The translations under genes were made by a program, and so were the position numbers. Positions 1 through 13,633 of a stretch of DNA of 64,000 nucleotides are shown here, piece by piece. The stretch comes from Octopus vulgaris (lineage: Eukaryota). Positions within the stretch are counted from its first letter, which is position 1, and each line of letters begins with the position of its first letter. The stretch is taken from positions 33,728,001-33,792,000 of the forward strand of contig OX597816.1 in NCBI GenBank assembly GCA_951406725.2. The letters are read 5' to 3'. The notes under the pieces were generated by a model. It ran no database searches. It was not told the DNA's origin and was given only the letters and a program-made list of their open reading frames with translations.

Positions 1-1641
1 TAAGTATGTTATACTGAATTATATCACAGAATTCACTTGGCATATGTCCAGCTAGGCATTGACGAATGAGGTGTCCTGTATACTGTCGCTTGATCTATGA
101 GGAATATGAAAGAACTTGCAAGTATCGCAACCTCTTATAGTTATATTTTGTAGGTATCAACTTGAAATACGATTAGAAAAGTGCATGCTTCCCAATAGAA
201 TGTTTTTTTTTAATTTTAGTAGTGTAGTGAAACGTTGAGTGAACAAAAACTGAAGTTGCCAAAAAATAAAACAAAACCAATAGCCAGAAGATCAATAACA
301 AATTTAGAAATGTATGGCGAAATACAACGTAAAATATAGCATTGTAGCAGATGCGCCATGCTACACTGTCGTAATTTACTTCAGTGCAACGTCGTTTCTA
401 CACAACATGAATCCGCACTCAAGAAAGTGTAATCTACGACATTACTTCCAAAATGAGAATTTACTCAAGTTGTTTCCAACAAGCGTTTATTTCTTCAAGC
501 TCTCCTCACCTCGTAAAACAGTTATTTTTGCTTTGGCACTCGCAATCGTATTTACACTTCCCCTCAATAATCATTTATTTCTGCTTATTTCTTAATTCTC
601 CGTCCTTTGCTAATTGCTTCTTTGAAACCAGCTCTTGCCTTCTCGTTCACTCTCACATTGATTCGCCTTCCTATCAGTTAATGGTAGTTGTAACGATATA
701 GAGAATGTCAACTCATTTTCTTTTCATTTCAATATTGACGAAGGACAGGAGATACCATATTCAAATATGCATTTCGTTCATCCACTCCTGCTGGATCAAA
801 TGCCTATACACAGCATCGCCATTTTGTTTAACTTAGAACAAATACACACACACACACAAATAGAGCCATATGTGTTGTATGTATGGGGGTATATGAGTGT
901 GTGCGTGCGTGTCTGCATATTAACCATATTAACATACATATCTACATATATAGATTATGTATTTTTTTTATTAATGGCAGGTTTCTGTAAAGATTATATA
1001 AAAAAGATTTGGAATTTAACTGAGAATATACTGAAAATGGTACGTATTACTATTAGTACAATCAAATTTGGAATAGTATTATTTCATACTGGGAGTTCAA
1101 CTACCGCTAAAAGATTTACCCAATCTCACCATCTGATTGAATCAGTTTAGCTTAATCCAAAACTCGGCTTCCATGATACTGCTAGAGATCTGAGAATAGT
1201 AGTTTCAATAAAACGCATATCACATCTCACCGTCCTAAGAAAGGTAAATGCAGTCCTGGAAACTCTGTTTGAAAAACACAGCGCATTATATCTTGAGAGT
1301 TACTTCCCGAAAGTCCACTGTCGAGGTATGGCAAATAAAGGAGCAAGGTATTAAATCAGATCAACTGGAAACATATTCAATAACTTCATACATTATTGAC
1401 ATAGTAATTAGGTAGTGTATGCAAGTGCAGTGTGTGGGAACAATGCATATACGCATGCTCCTGGTGTAGGAGAGTTTATTATGGAAACAAAGATGTATGA
1501 AAACGTAACTTTGGAGCGAATCATGTCACCAATACAGTATAAAATGAATACCTTCATAAAAATATTGTCTTCATAGTAATTAAGTTTAGAACTTTTCTTA
1601 ACGCACACTCCAAAGTTTATAGAGAACATATCAAATTATAT

Positions 1642-1679
<38 letters not shown>

Positions 1680-2165
1680 AATCTTCTCAAAGAGAACATT
1701 CATAAATTATTGGAATAGTTGCAATGGCGTCTACTGCGAATCGAAACTGTATTGCGAGTAGTTTCCCTGAAGCTTTCTACTGGTCTATGGAACACTTACG
1801 ACACAGCTGGCACCCAAATATAAATTAGATACTTGATTCGATAATGACATTCAATAAACTCAATGATATTGTCCAGATTAGCTGCAACACATTGTTTTAC
1901 ATATGCGTGCACTGATGCATTCCAAACAGACAGTTTCATCCCCAAGGGAGAGCAAATGAAGCAGAAGCAGAATTAATCAATCATTTTGTAGTATCATAAA
2001 TCGATAGAGAATGTGAATGTAAAACTACTGGAGGGTTCCAACTAAAGATCGATCGATCGAGTGAAAATTGTGTGACGAACAATATTGACGTATAATATGT
2101 CAAGATGTGTAGAAATTCAGCAGCTTGTATGTGTGAACGATTGAATGGGTAACTGAACCAGTGAT

Positions 2166-2166
<1 letters not shown>

Positions 2167-2232
<66 letters not shown>

Positions 2233-2270
2233 TGTAAGTATGTATGTATGTATGTATGAATATATGTATG
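2167..2270. repeat. (TA)n/(TATG)n microsatellite
   Basis: Directly visible simple repeat. Confidence 0.95.
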
Positions 2271-3838
2271 CATGCGTGTGTGTATGTTTGAGAGCGTAAG
2301 CCATTTTCTGTTTAAAGGAATGACTGTATAAAATGAATGAAGGCAAGTGTTAAGCAATCAGTGTTTAAAGCAATGAGCCTGTGAAAGAGTGACTGCTTGA
2401 AAGAATCCCATAAATAATTGTATAATTGAATTAGTGGAACAATGAATTTCGAAACGAAATACTTAGAAATATACTGTTACCCATCCGACATTACATATGA
2501 TATTTTCCAGGTGATCGAAATATTTGTTCTCAGTGTTTCATTCGAGAACAAATATGTCCGCTACTTTGCAAACATCAAATAAGTTTCTCCTATCTCACGG
2601 GTATTTTTCAAAGAAGTGATATCACCGAAAATTGTAGAAGATCGGAAGAAACATTATACACACATATTTCAAATTTTAAATTCAAACGCGTTTCTAGATT
2701 GCTCATAATTACTTTGGTGTCCATAAAGTTAATGCAAGTAATACATGGGTTATTTTCACAGATATAACTTGCTTGACTTTAAACAGACGTTTTGATCAAC
2801 GTAAATTAAAAGGATGAGGGAGATATAGTCCGTCTCGAATGTTCTATAGCTATCGAGAAATGTCCGCAATTGATATCGCATTGTAAATAATGGCGTCCGT
2901 ATTCATCGATGATTATCATTTCGTAACAGCAAGTGCTATCTGACATCAGACGCAAACAGGAATCATAACATTAAAACAAGTTCAGCCTAGAAGAGGAGCA
3001 GTACAATTAAAACTTGAACGTATTAGAAGGAACAAGGGGGGTAATATAAAATTTGGATCATTAATCAGAATCTACGTGAATATAAGTACTAGCACGTACA
3101 ATCACATCCTGCCATAGAAAACATATTGTACTGTAATTTAGTAAAATGCAGCTACTGAAACACCAAAACCGGACTAAAATACTAGGATTAGTATAAAAAG
3201 TCATCATGTAAGATCGATTTTGCATTCACAGAAACTAGACAAGTGTTGTTGGTGGTGGTGGTGGTGTTGTTCTTCATATTGTTCTCGGCTCTCTGTGACC
3301 CTGTTTTTTTTCTTATCAGTGCTGTTTGTTGTTGTGTAGTTGGGATGAGGTCCCTGTTCCGATGGTGGTTGTGATGGTGTTGGTGGTGGTAACGGTGGAA
3401 GTGGCAATGTTTTTGTTAGTGTTGGTGTTGCTCAATTTTCTCATTGTTTTGTGATGGTCATAAAGATGTTGAAATTTTCAGCAGGAGAAAGATACTTTCA
3501 CACATTTTCCAGCTGTGGATTCGTTGTTTTCGCTGCTACTACTGCAACTAATTTTCAAATCTTATTGTTCTCTTCTAGGGAGAGCGGGCTGTTCTTTTCA
3601 ACGTACGCTCAATCTTTGTCCGCCAACTCTCTTTTTAAAACGAAAATTGAAGTATATGTTTGCTAAGGCATACAGCAATTATGATTCTAATGGCTACAGA
3701 TGGAGAAAAAGTACCCAGCTCCCTGGTGTCCTAGTTACACTCTCTATAAAACGCTAACATATGTTCAATGTGTAGCTTTCAGCAACAACAGAAATCAAAA
3801 CAAACTTACGATAATGACGTGCAATACATGTCCATAAA

Positions 3839-3839
3839 C

Positions 3840-3890
<51 letters not shown>

Positions 3891-3904
3891 TAATAATAAT
3901 AATG

Positions 3905-3952
<48 letters not shown>
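3839..3952. repeat. (TAA)n microsatellite
   Basis: Directly visible; flanks the element at 3953. Confidence 0.95.
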
Positions 3953-3955
<3 letters not shown>

Positions 3956-4509
3956 GCCCTGATGCAGTACCAGGCAGTGGCTCTCATGGCTTCTGATCTT
4001 AACTGATTGGAAGTGTGATCATGTACATTGTTTTGTCTTGGTATAAAAGATGGGCTACAGCAAATATTCTGCTCAATACCACAGATTTTCTTGTCAGTTG
4101 TTTGACCTTAACCAGTTGAGCATGTCCCTTAGTGGCTGACGATATGTGCATCTCTGATCACGAGCAGAAGTAGTGGGGGAGCATCATAGCCATGTGTTGA
4201 GAGGGATTCTTTGGCGTTTGAATAATTCACCTCTGGAAACATGGGTGGTTCTTTCAACATCCTTAAACAACCCTTATTCAGGGACCTTTTGAGCGGGATG
4301 GGCTACTCAACCTGAAGAAAATTCTAACTGGGCCCCACCTGCAAGGTCATGTGCAGTTTATCTTGATATGAGATCACCATGTCGCGCACATATGGTTGTG
4401 ATGCATGTGCCTGGTGTACCCTTATCAGACGGGTACTCATGGTGGGTATATTGGGCTTCGTATATTTTACCCCAGTGTCACTTTGATGGCATGAACTGCT
4501 CTCTCACTC

Positions 4510-4558
<49 letters not shown>
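3953..4558 (+). mobile_element. 5'-truncated retroelement 3' region with (AAT)n tail, inserted in (TAA)n; probably a Dong/R4-clade LINE 3' UTR
   Basis: Its 3' part is nearly identical to 56626-56941. Both copies end ...CTCACTC(AAT)n and are preceded by (TAA)n. It lies next to a Dong/R4-like RT relic. Confidence 0.6.
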
Positions 4559-4559
<1 letters not shown>

Positions 4560-4560
<1 letters not shown>

Positions 4561-5105
4561 GGAGTTAGAACCAGCGGAGAACAACAAATACATAAGGATA
4601 ATTGAAGGAGATGGAGTAAGGCATTAAACGATCAGGGAAAGTATCAGAAGAGAATATTATCGCAAGGTAAGAGCAATAGTCAAGATAGAACTGAATGCAA
4701 GAAACGGGATCGAAGACATACCAATTGTCACGTACGGTTTCTATATTATTAACTTGTCGATTACTGAAATATTGTAATTTTGACAGAAAAATGCGAAAAC
4801 TTCTGACAATGTACCATCTTAAGGCAGATATTGAACGACTTCACCTGCCAAAAAACAACGGTGGCCGAGGATGAGGACTTTTCCAACTGGAATTAACAAT
4901 GAAGATTACCACCATTGGCCTAGACAATTACCTGAAAAAACACTGATGACTCATTAGCAAAATAGTTACAGGAAAAACTAAGTGAATTCCAAATACAACA
5001 AACCCCAGAATTAGACTATGAAAACAAACACAGAAAAAGCAAAGCGCATGAAAATCCCTGCAGAAGCTGTTACCTTAGATATTCTTACAGATAAATGGCA
5101 AGAAT
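4560..5105 (+). pseudogene. Degenerate Dong/R4-clade LINE reverse transcriptase C-terminal fragment
   Basis: Translation through stops and frameshifts gives IRREYYRKVRAIVKIELNARN...IPIVTYGF...DRKMRKLLTMYHLKADIERLHLPKNNGGRG, which matches the R4/Dong post-RT pattern (ILKTELN, LDRKTRKLLT, HPKADVDRLYLPR.GGRGL). Confidence 0.75.
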
Positions 5106-6338
5106 ACCTAGGCATGGCAAAGCTGATAAAGTGTTGGTGCGCGTGATTTTCCATGTGGTAGAACTGTTGGCTTTTTCGCCACAATACAAAAAGAGTGTAA
5201 AAAGCTGTTTTGTTAGACACACTGTATGTGGAAGTAGCAGAAGTGGTATTTTTTAGCCAATGTCATGGAAACGATACAAATTCTATGTAGGAAATTGGTT
5301 GAAAAAGCAGATTAATGATGATTTTATGGAGAAATTGTTGTTAGCAGCTTGCCAATCTTTACGTTAGAATATGAGATTAAGTGCTCCATCGTGTATAATC
5401 ACTGTTTACGTAAGATCTAAATCTTAGTTGCAGAGCGTATATTAAACATAGAGTCCAATCGTAAGAAAGTAAAATATATATAATGGAACGAAGTTAAATT
5501 AACTTCATCCCACTTCATGTTTGAACAAGGGCCTTCTCTTTCATTGCTAAATAGAGTTTCGTAAGCATCGAATTAGCGCACTTATCGGGATGTATTCCAC
5601 AGACAATTGCTTAATGTCTAATTAAAACTAAAGTTGGAGAGAATGTGACGAAATCGGCCTTTTGTGCTGCAACCACAATCTCCTCAGCGGATCTCCACAC
5701 ATTTCTCATGTTACGCAGCTCTCAACTTCTGTCAAAGATTACATATTTATATAGGTTAAACACTTTGTTCCAGTTTCTTCCAAATACAGTTCATATTGCT
5801 CTTTTCTCTTCACACCCTCATAGGCAAATATATATATGTGTGTGTGTGTGTGTATGTGTGTGTGGGTATGTGTATGTGTGTGTGTGTGTGTGTGTATGTG
5901 CAGGCGTGTGCGGTCATGCACGGGTCGTGCATTTTCTTTTCAAGGAAAATGAAAAACTACAGCGAAAGACAAAGTAGATAATGAATACCGTGTGTGTGTG
6001 TTTTTTTTTTAATCAAATAAAAACGACTTGCACTTTCAAAAGTCGTTTCGTTTCTATCTGTAGTGAATTGAACAAAACATGTCGACAAGGAAATAATACT
6101 AGTGTGTGTATATAAGAGAGAGCTAGACATACATACACACATACATACTCACACACATACATATATGCATACATACATACACGCACACATACAAGCGTGC
6201 GTGAGAGCACGTGCATAACCATATGGTTGCAAACTACCAACATATGCCCAGAAAATTATATTCATTGAATTACTGTATCCTTTGGCATTTTTGTTTCATT
6301 GTTTCAAATAATATATCGGCTTTCCTTAGTTCTTCTTA

Positions 6339-6340
<2 letters not shown>

Positions 6341-6380
<40 letters not shown>
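6341..6380. repeat. (TAG)n microsatellite
   Basis: Directly visible. Confidence 0.9.
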
Positions 6381-6510
6381 GTTTCAAATTTTGGCGCAAG
6401 GCCAACAACTTCGAGGGAAGAGATAAGTCAATTACATCGTTCCCAGTACTCAGCTGTACTTATTTTACCAATCCCTAAAAGATTAAAGGTAAGGTCGACT
6501 TCGGTGGTAT
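6380..6510 (-). mobile_element. SINE family A, partial copy
   Basis: Reverse complement matches the family A core (GTCGACYTTGCCTTTCATCCTTTCGGGGTCGATAAAATAAGTACCAG), degenerate. Confidence 0.65.
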
Positions 6511-7554
6511 AAAAATAATAATAATAATTATTATTATTTTTATTATTATTATTGTTAATATTATTATGTTTCAGGCAGAAGACCTATAAGTCTAAAGGAG
6601 TGAGCTTAGTCGTTTCTGCCGGCGAAGTAAAGTATTCAACAGCCATCACAATAGTAATATAGTTGTTCTACTTATTTAGGCGACCAACTTTCAGAAACCT
6701 TAGAGTGCCTGACAGAATATCTTGCGGTACTACTTGGAATTGTTTACGTTCTAAATTCTAATCATTTGCCGTTCATTTCCTCCGGAGTCGTAAAAGTAAT
6801 GTACTAGTCAGTGCTGGAGGAAAGGTCTTCGAAGTAATCGACCAACATAAACCTCATAAAATTGATGGTGTATATTTGAATTACAAAAGAACAAAAAAAA
6901 AAACAGGAACGCAAGAATTACTCCGATGCTTTTACCATTGGGAGGCACCAATATTAAAAACTGTTAAATTGCTGTAATTATATTACTCCTATTATTCTAC
7001 CGACCGCCAGCAACAGCCACAGTACTACTGCTACTGTATTCTAGTAGAAGTAGTAGTAGTAGTAGTACTAGTCGCAACAGCAGCAGCAGTAGCAACAGTA
7101 GTGGTGAGGGTAATTAACGACGTCTTATTTAAATTTTCACTTCGTCAGCCAAATCGGGATTAAACGTTGAGTTAAAAAGAGAAGAAGCGGACTAGAAATA
7201 CGTCTATACGTTTAATGCATCAAGATATGCATTCAACCACTTTTATATCACAGCCGAGTGTGTCTAGCAGTTATTGTTAGGTTTAATCGGATTAGTGATA
7301 ATTCGATTTAAGATTATATACTTTTAAGTGCGAGGTCAAGGCAAGAGAAAGCAACGTGTTTGTATTGTTTATTCTACAATTTGCTCATTCAGTCTGCTCC
7401 CGCCTGTTTATGCTATTACTGTAGTAGTTTGTTATGACATGCTATGATATATTTCTTCGAAGTCCGGAACTATTAGATTACGTTGAGGTAGTACATGAGC
7501 TAGCATAATCGTTAAATCGTTGGACAAAATGTTTTGCGTTATTTATTTCGGCTC

Positions 7555-7756
7555 TGCTGGTAGAATCGTTAGCGCGCCGTGCAGAAATGCTTAGCGGCAT
7601 ATCGGCCGCCTTTATATCCTTAGTTAAAATTGTACTGAGTTCGACATTGCCTTCCATCTTTCGGGGTTGATAAAAATAAACCGTTGAACACTGGAACCGT
7701 TATAATCGACTTATCTTCTCCCTCAAAATTGCTTGCTATGTGCCAAATTTGAAACC
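7555..7756 (+). mobile_element. SINE family A
   Basis: Head GCTGGTAGAATCGTTAGCGCG..GAAATGCTTAGCGGC, core TCGACATTGCCTTCCATCTTTCGGGGTTGATAAAA, end CCAAATTTGAAAC. Confidence 0.8.
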
Positions 7757-8419
7757 TGTATGTCATCTCGGCTTTTGTGACTTTCATATCTGGCCGATAT
7801 CAATAACATTTTATCCTGCTAAATGGATAAATTAACATCCAAATCACTATTGTTGATGATTCTATCGACTTAGCCCCCACCTGCACCATGCTTCTTTCAT
7901 TATGCCTATCTAAGACGTTGTTTCTAATATGAGAAATATTTTAATTAACTATTTATTGGGTTTTATTCTTCACTTGTTTTATCTTTCATCAGAATTCCTT
8001 TAAGTGTGTGAGATTAGACATTTGGATTATGTTTTATAAGTGGAATGGTAGACCTAAGTATGTACGGCCACAAACAACCCGTCCCTCGGTTCACCATAGA
8101 GAATATTAACTAACTTGTCCTTTCAGCTAATAATACATTCAAGCAGGATTTGAGGGAGATTTTGTTAATACGCTTATCAGAGTGACAGCCTCATAGAGAT
8201 TGGGGCTGCACATCATGGGATCTTTTTTGCTTTTGATAATTTTGTTCTTCAGTTTTATATTTAGCACTGAGTTAGCTCTGATCAAGTATCACTATTATCA
8301 AGAGAATTCCGACCACAGCCACCTCGCTTTATCTCTAACTCGACGTTGCATATTTAGGAATACATTGAGTAACGTGCTCTCCCTCGTTTTCTAATATTCT
8401 TATGATGAATAATGCAGTG

Positions 8420-8612
8420 ATATAGCAGAATCTTTAGCATACCGGATAATTTGCATAACGGCATTTTTAGGTTCAGTGTTCAAAAATGCATAGGTTGATT
8501 TTGCCTTTCATCTTTTCTGGGTCGATAAATCAAGTACCAGTTGAACACTGGGGTCGATTTAATTGACTTTCCCTCCACAGAAATTGCTGGCCTTCAGTCA
8601 AAATTGGAAATC
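8420..8612 (+). mobile_element. SINE family A, degenerate
   Basis: Core TTTTGCCTTTCATCTTTTCTGGGTCGATAAATCAAGTACCAGTTGAACACTGGGGTCGAT. Confidence 0.75.
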
Positions 8613-10426
8613 AATCTTCTTAGGATGATTTGATTGGTATGTAGCTTCTATTTCTTTTATGAAAATTCATCAAGTAGATTCGCAGATATCTTTGTTTTAT
8701 AAAATAGGCATATGGACTTAGCTGAGCAAGTTACAATAATCGAGTCTCTCTCTAAAACTAAAACTAGTTATCTTTTTGTTTAGTAAATTTAGCTGCAACA
8801 TTGAAGCACATTGTTTAATGCATTATTCAGAGAGCAGTTCTTGCTGCAGTCAATATTCCTTTGTTATAAATTCTTAAGAAAATGACGATAACATATAAGT
8901 TCATGTGACTGATAGTTATTTAATCTTTCAGTTATTCGATGTAACGTCATATGTACAGCGGATGGGGAAAATTTTAAATACTAACTCAAAACTAAATATT
9001 AATTTAATTGCTTATTTAATATGCGATTTTAAATGCATGTGTGGGAGTTACAACTGTGATAAATATTGCTCGAAAAAATGATGTTGGAAACATTCAATAT
9101 CAGGCAAAAATGTAGGACAGCCAAGAAGGATAGACAGTAAAATCATTTTCAAAACGTTGAGTTGATCCCATATAGTTCAGCTTTGAAATATAAATGGGGT
9201 CACATTATTAGCTGATGTAGGCCGATAATACAAGATCTAGCATTTGTAAGAAGAGCCAACAAATCGACAATAGCCATTTCCTTTATTAAATTAGTTTTGT
9301 ACTGAAAAGGAAAAAGGAAAGTAAAATCGATATTACAAATAATTACAATAGAGTTGCTTAGAAATTACAAAACACAAAACAAGAAAAATCTAGGTGCTCG
9401 TGCTTTTGTATCATGAAGAAATCTGTCTCTTGCAATGAAAGTATTGGTTTGTTGCAGGAAATGCATCACCATCACCATCTAAACACACTTCCATCTATTC
9501 GTGTTGTTATTTATTCTTCTTTTCTGGGAAGGGTGTTTATTAATTTATGAAGTCAAATACAAAACGAAAATCACATTGCCGGAATTTTAGTTTTTACACT
9601 CAAAAGTGATACATTGTTAAACATTTCTAAATAGTTTGATATTCTGATAATCATATTCAGATCCAATCTCATTCATTCAGTTTATCAAAATAGTAGGCGC
9701 TTGATATGTATGCTATATACATGTAGCTTCCAATATGCGTTGAATATTATGGAATTTTCAAAAGATCAAACAAAATTTTGCTGATGTATAACAATATTTT
9801 CTGTCATTTAAACCAGAACACACATTTGATTATAAATGTCCTTAATTAGATTGTCTGTGAGTGAAAATAATTAAAATTAGTCACCTACGTAACGATATAA
9901 TTCAAATGTGTATACGGATCTTCATCACATGCCCCACGCATGTTTCTGTCAGTCGTTCTCATAAAGGTGATTCATAACTGAGGAACAAGATCTTTTTTCT
10001 GCACACTGAGGTATAATAAATTACGTACCACGATGTATGATTGATATTTAATGCATCATTTCCCGGTTGTACTGAGTAGGTTTTTTTTTCCCTCGTAACA
10101 TTGAGAGTAAGTTTCAAATCGAAAGTAAACACAAAGATATACGTGCTGCATGTAAAAAGAAAAGAAAGTAACATAAAGTGTTCAATATGCTCAATTAAAC
10201 AGATTATGTGGAAAACTGGTTGGTTGGAGTTCGATAATAAGTGATTGCATTGTGATATGTCCAACATCGAAGCAGTAAACAATTTCAATTTGTAACTCAC
10301 TCTATATATTAGAAAATAATTACAGTCAGAAGGTGTAACCGACGGTTTAAAGGACTGGCTGCCATCATTTATCTTGTCAGGATCATGCTCGGTTTTCTCA
10401 AACATAAATACAAAAAGACGTATAGG

Positions 10427-10459
<33 letters not shown>

Positions 10460-11130
10460 CTGAGGATATGCACAAATAGAGACAACCATTCGCATACATA
10501 TGTAAAAACACATATCGTGGCATGTTTTCAAACTTAGCTCAACCAGGCCAAGTCAACTGGAGAAGAACTAAGAGAAACATACAAACTTGATTTGTAGCCA
10601 AGTGCAAAATACTGTTGCGAATATTAAGCGATAAAAGGCATGGGTATGCACGCATGCGCGCACACAAATACTCATATAATGTAAGATATATATAGAGCGA
10701 AGAGAATGAAGCAGTGTTAATGGGAAAATAATAGTAGTACACAATTGTGTCACACGTTCAGATTCACACAAACGTGGAAACACTTTTGCTAAGGAAATTG
10801 CCTCGGAAGAGAAATTTAACTTAAAGACAATATATGTGAAAAACATACCACTGGTGTTTGAAGGTTGCCACCTGTTCTTGGATTGCAAAAGCATGACCTT
10901 CGATTTGTGATAAATCGGAAAGAGTCTCCACATTCGTGGTATGCGGGATGTTTCCCCCTTTTTTATATTTCGTTATACTACTTCAGCAATTCTGGCTGAC
11001 TCGGCAGGTCATCTGGCCAGATTTGTGAAAGATATGCCTCTACTTTCTGCCAGAATTAATGTAAACACATCCAGATAATCTCCTTGGAATGAATGAAGGA
11101 ATGAATAATATATATATATATATATATATA

Positions 11131-11185
11131 TGGCGGTGCCCCAGCATGGCCACAGCTCGTGAGCTGAAACTAGATGAAATGAAAA
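11131..11185 (+). mobile_element. Extremely 5'-truncated CR1-like LINE (3' terminal ~55 bp) inserted in (TA)n
   Basis: TGGCGGTGCCCCAGCATGGCCACAGCTCGTGAGCTGAAACTAG is nearly identical to the reverse complement of 44966-45008, the 3' end of the CR1-like fragment. Confidence 0.8.
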
Positions 11186-11191
11186 TATATA

Positions 11192-11325
11192 TAGGGAGAA
11201 TTCAGAAGAAAAGACAAAAGGCGAAGCCAGGTGCTGTAGACAACAAACAGATGTATTAGTATAACGCTCGAGAAGTGAAAAAGTTGTTAACGTTTCGAGC
11301 CTACGCTATTCCACAGAAAGGAACA
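11192..11325 (-). mobile_element. Penelope-like terminal-repeat fragment with degenerate hammerhead-like core
   Basis: Minus strand reads CTGTGGAATAGCGTAGGCTCGAAACGTTAAC...GAGCGT..., the same architecture as 59084-59210, and ends in (TA)n. Confidence 0.45.
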
Positions 11326-13320
11326 AAAAAAAAAAATGTGTAGTGGCTTGCGATTTATCTTGGTGAATGCCGATACACAAATTGAGAGCGCGAAGTAGGT
11401 AAAATCCGGGATCCATATCTTTCAGCAGAGCTAGTTGATCTTTGATGTTAACCAACAAGATGTGTTCCACTAAACTATTCATCAGGCCGAGTTTTCAAGC
11501 CATGTAAACATGCATAAATATGTCTGTTCATTTATAAGTGTTTCAGTTGTATGTATGTATGTATCTATGTATGTATATATGTATGTAAGTACACGTTCAC
11601 GTGTACGGAAACATATATATGTCGGTGTGTATGAACATGATCGCTATGTGTATTTATGGATATATGTATGTATTTTTTGTTACCTTGGTGCGTATATATA
11701 CATGTGTGCGCATAAAGAAGCTCTTATGCCTTATATACTTGTAGCTAAGGTTTCATGAATATATTTCAACACCAGTGCTTTTAAATTCGGAAAAACGTAC
11801 CGAACTCTCTCCCACATATTGTCTTTTTCTCTCACTTATTTTTTCATATTTCTGATAATTTAGTCTATCTTGCTCACTCAACCTCAGTCTCTATTTATCT
11901 CTTTCACTCAGCATCATTCTCGCTCTATCCTTTCTTGTTTACCTATCCATACTTCTTTGCCTGTCCGCTATTATCAAACTGTTGCATTTAAAATTGTTCC
12001 ACCAATCCTTTGTCATGCACACTCACACACAATAACCAAGCATTTATTACAACTATCAGCATGCATAATATATCTATGTATTCATGTCTTGTTTGTATAC
12101 AACTTGTTAAACTTTGCTATAAATTCATGATAATAGATTCCGTTTTATGTTTATCTATGCCTTGGGATTTGCCAATAGATTCTTACTTATGATAATGAAA
12201 ATGTGCAGTGGAAATATTAATGTTCTTTAAACAGATAAGCTATTTACAGAAGGAAAATATTGTAACGTATGTATTTTTTTCTTCCCTGACTCGCCAACGC
12301 TTTCTGTATTATCCCAAACCGTCTGTAAAAAAAAGAACATTTTAAATGACGAGGAACATTCGTTACAAATGAGGAATATTATCTGCAGTAACACTGAAAA
12401 GCAAAAACAATAAAATTTATGAAATGAAAAACAATATAAGCTTTAAGAAGGTAACTTATTTGTTGAACAACTAATGCAGCAAATACGATAGAAAGCGAAT
12501 CATAAAACGAACGCAAAATTGTGATTTATTCTTAGGACGTTGGCTGTTTGTTAGGCATTTTTACGTTATGACTTCAGATATTCACCGGGATCAATTTCAG
12601 GCATTATCCTGCCGGTGTCGATAAACATACTGACTTGAATGGCTGATTCCACTTCGCAGAACTCTGTCAATTTATGTATGCAAGAAATTATTTCATTTAA
12701 TGTTATTCTTACTGCAAGATCACTATTAAATATTGCAGTGTGATATTTAATAAGTTGTATTCGAGTTCAGAGCTGAAATCATCCCTAAGACGATTTTGCG
12801 TTCACATTGCTTCTTCAAACAGAAAGTGTTGACAAAAAAAATGTACCGCACATCGTTAGTATAACGCTACCATCTCGCCGTTAACATAATATGGAAATAT
12901 TTCAAATTTCAAAAGGTACTTTGACGTTCACGCTTCCCATGTTCCAATTCATTAAATACAAACCGAGTATTAAGGTGAGTTTAATTGATGTTACTTAACC
13001 CTAAAAGTGGCGTGATGTTAGTAATCAATATAAACATAATTTACAGGTGAAAAAAGGAAATATACAGTAATAATATATACCTTTCTTTTCATATTACTCA
13101 AATCTCCTCTGTGTGTGTGCATTTATAGATAATAACACACACACATTTTATATAAATATATATATATTTACATACATAAGGGTAGAACTTTGGAATGAGT
13201 GATGAACACTAAATTGGTAGATAAATAATATCTTTCTTTTTGAATTAAGCCTCAATTCACAAATAAAGAAAATATCATAGAACCAAACATATATATATAT
13301 ACACACATATATATATCTAT

Positions 13321-13633
13321 TTTTTGTTCCTTCTCGAGCCATAACTGGCTCATTAGGGCCGGTTTCCCGGGTTTTTTGGGGTTTTTTTGGTGTATAGGTT
13401 CCCCACCTCGATGGAAAGCCGGTCCATCGCAGGTGAGCTGCAAGATGCAGGCGGATAGAATGAGAGAAAGTTGTGGCGAAAGAGTCAGCAGAAGTTCGCC
13501 ATTACCTTCTGCCGGAGCCGCGTGGAGCTTAGGTGTTTCGCTCATCAACACACAAATCGCCCGGTCTGAGGTTCGAACCCGCGGTCCATCGACTGCGAGT
13601 CCGCTGCTCTAACCACTAGGCTATGTGCCTCCA
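13321..13633 (-). mobile_element. tRNA-derived SINE family C
   Basis: Minus-strand head GGAGGCACATAGCCTAGTGGTTAGAGC...GGGTTCGAACCTC (Pol III A and B boxes); homologous along its length to 63370-63690. Confidence 0.85.

Noticed and set aside
3204-3445. Pro/Thr/His-rich minus-strand ORF as a host exon
   Set aside because: Derived from (CAC/CAA)n low-complexity DNA; upstream frames are closed by stops, with no recognisable domain or convincing splice sites.
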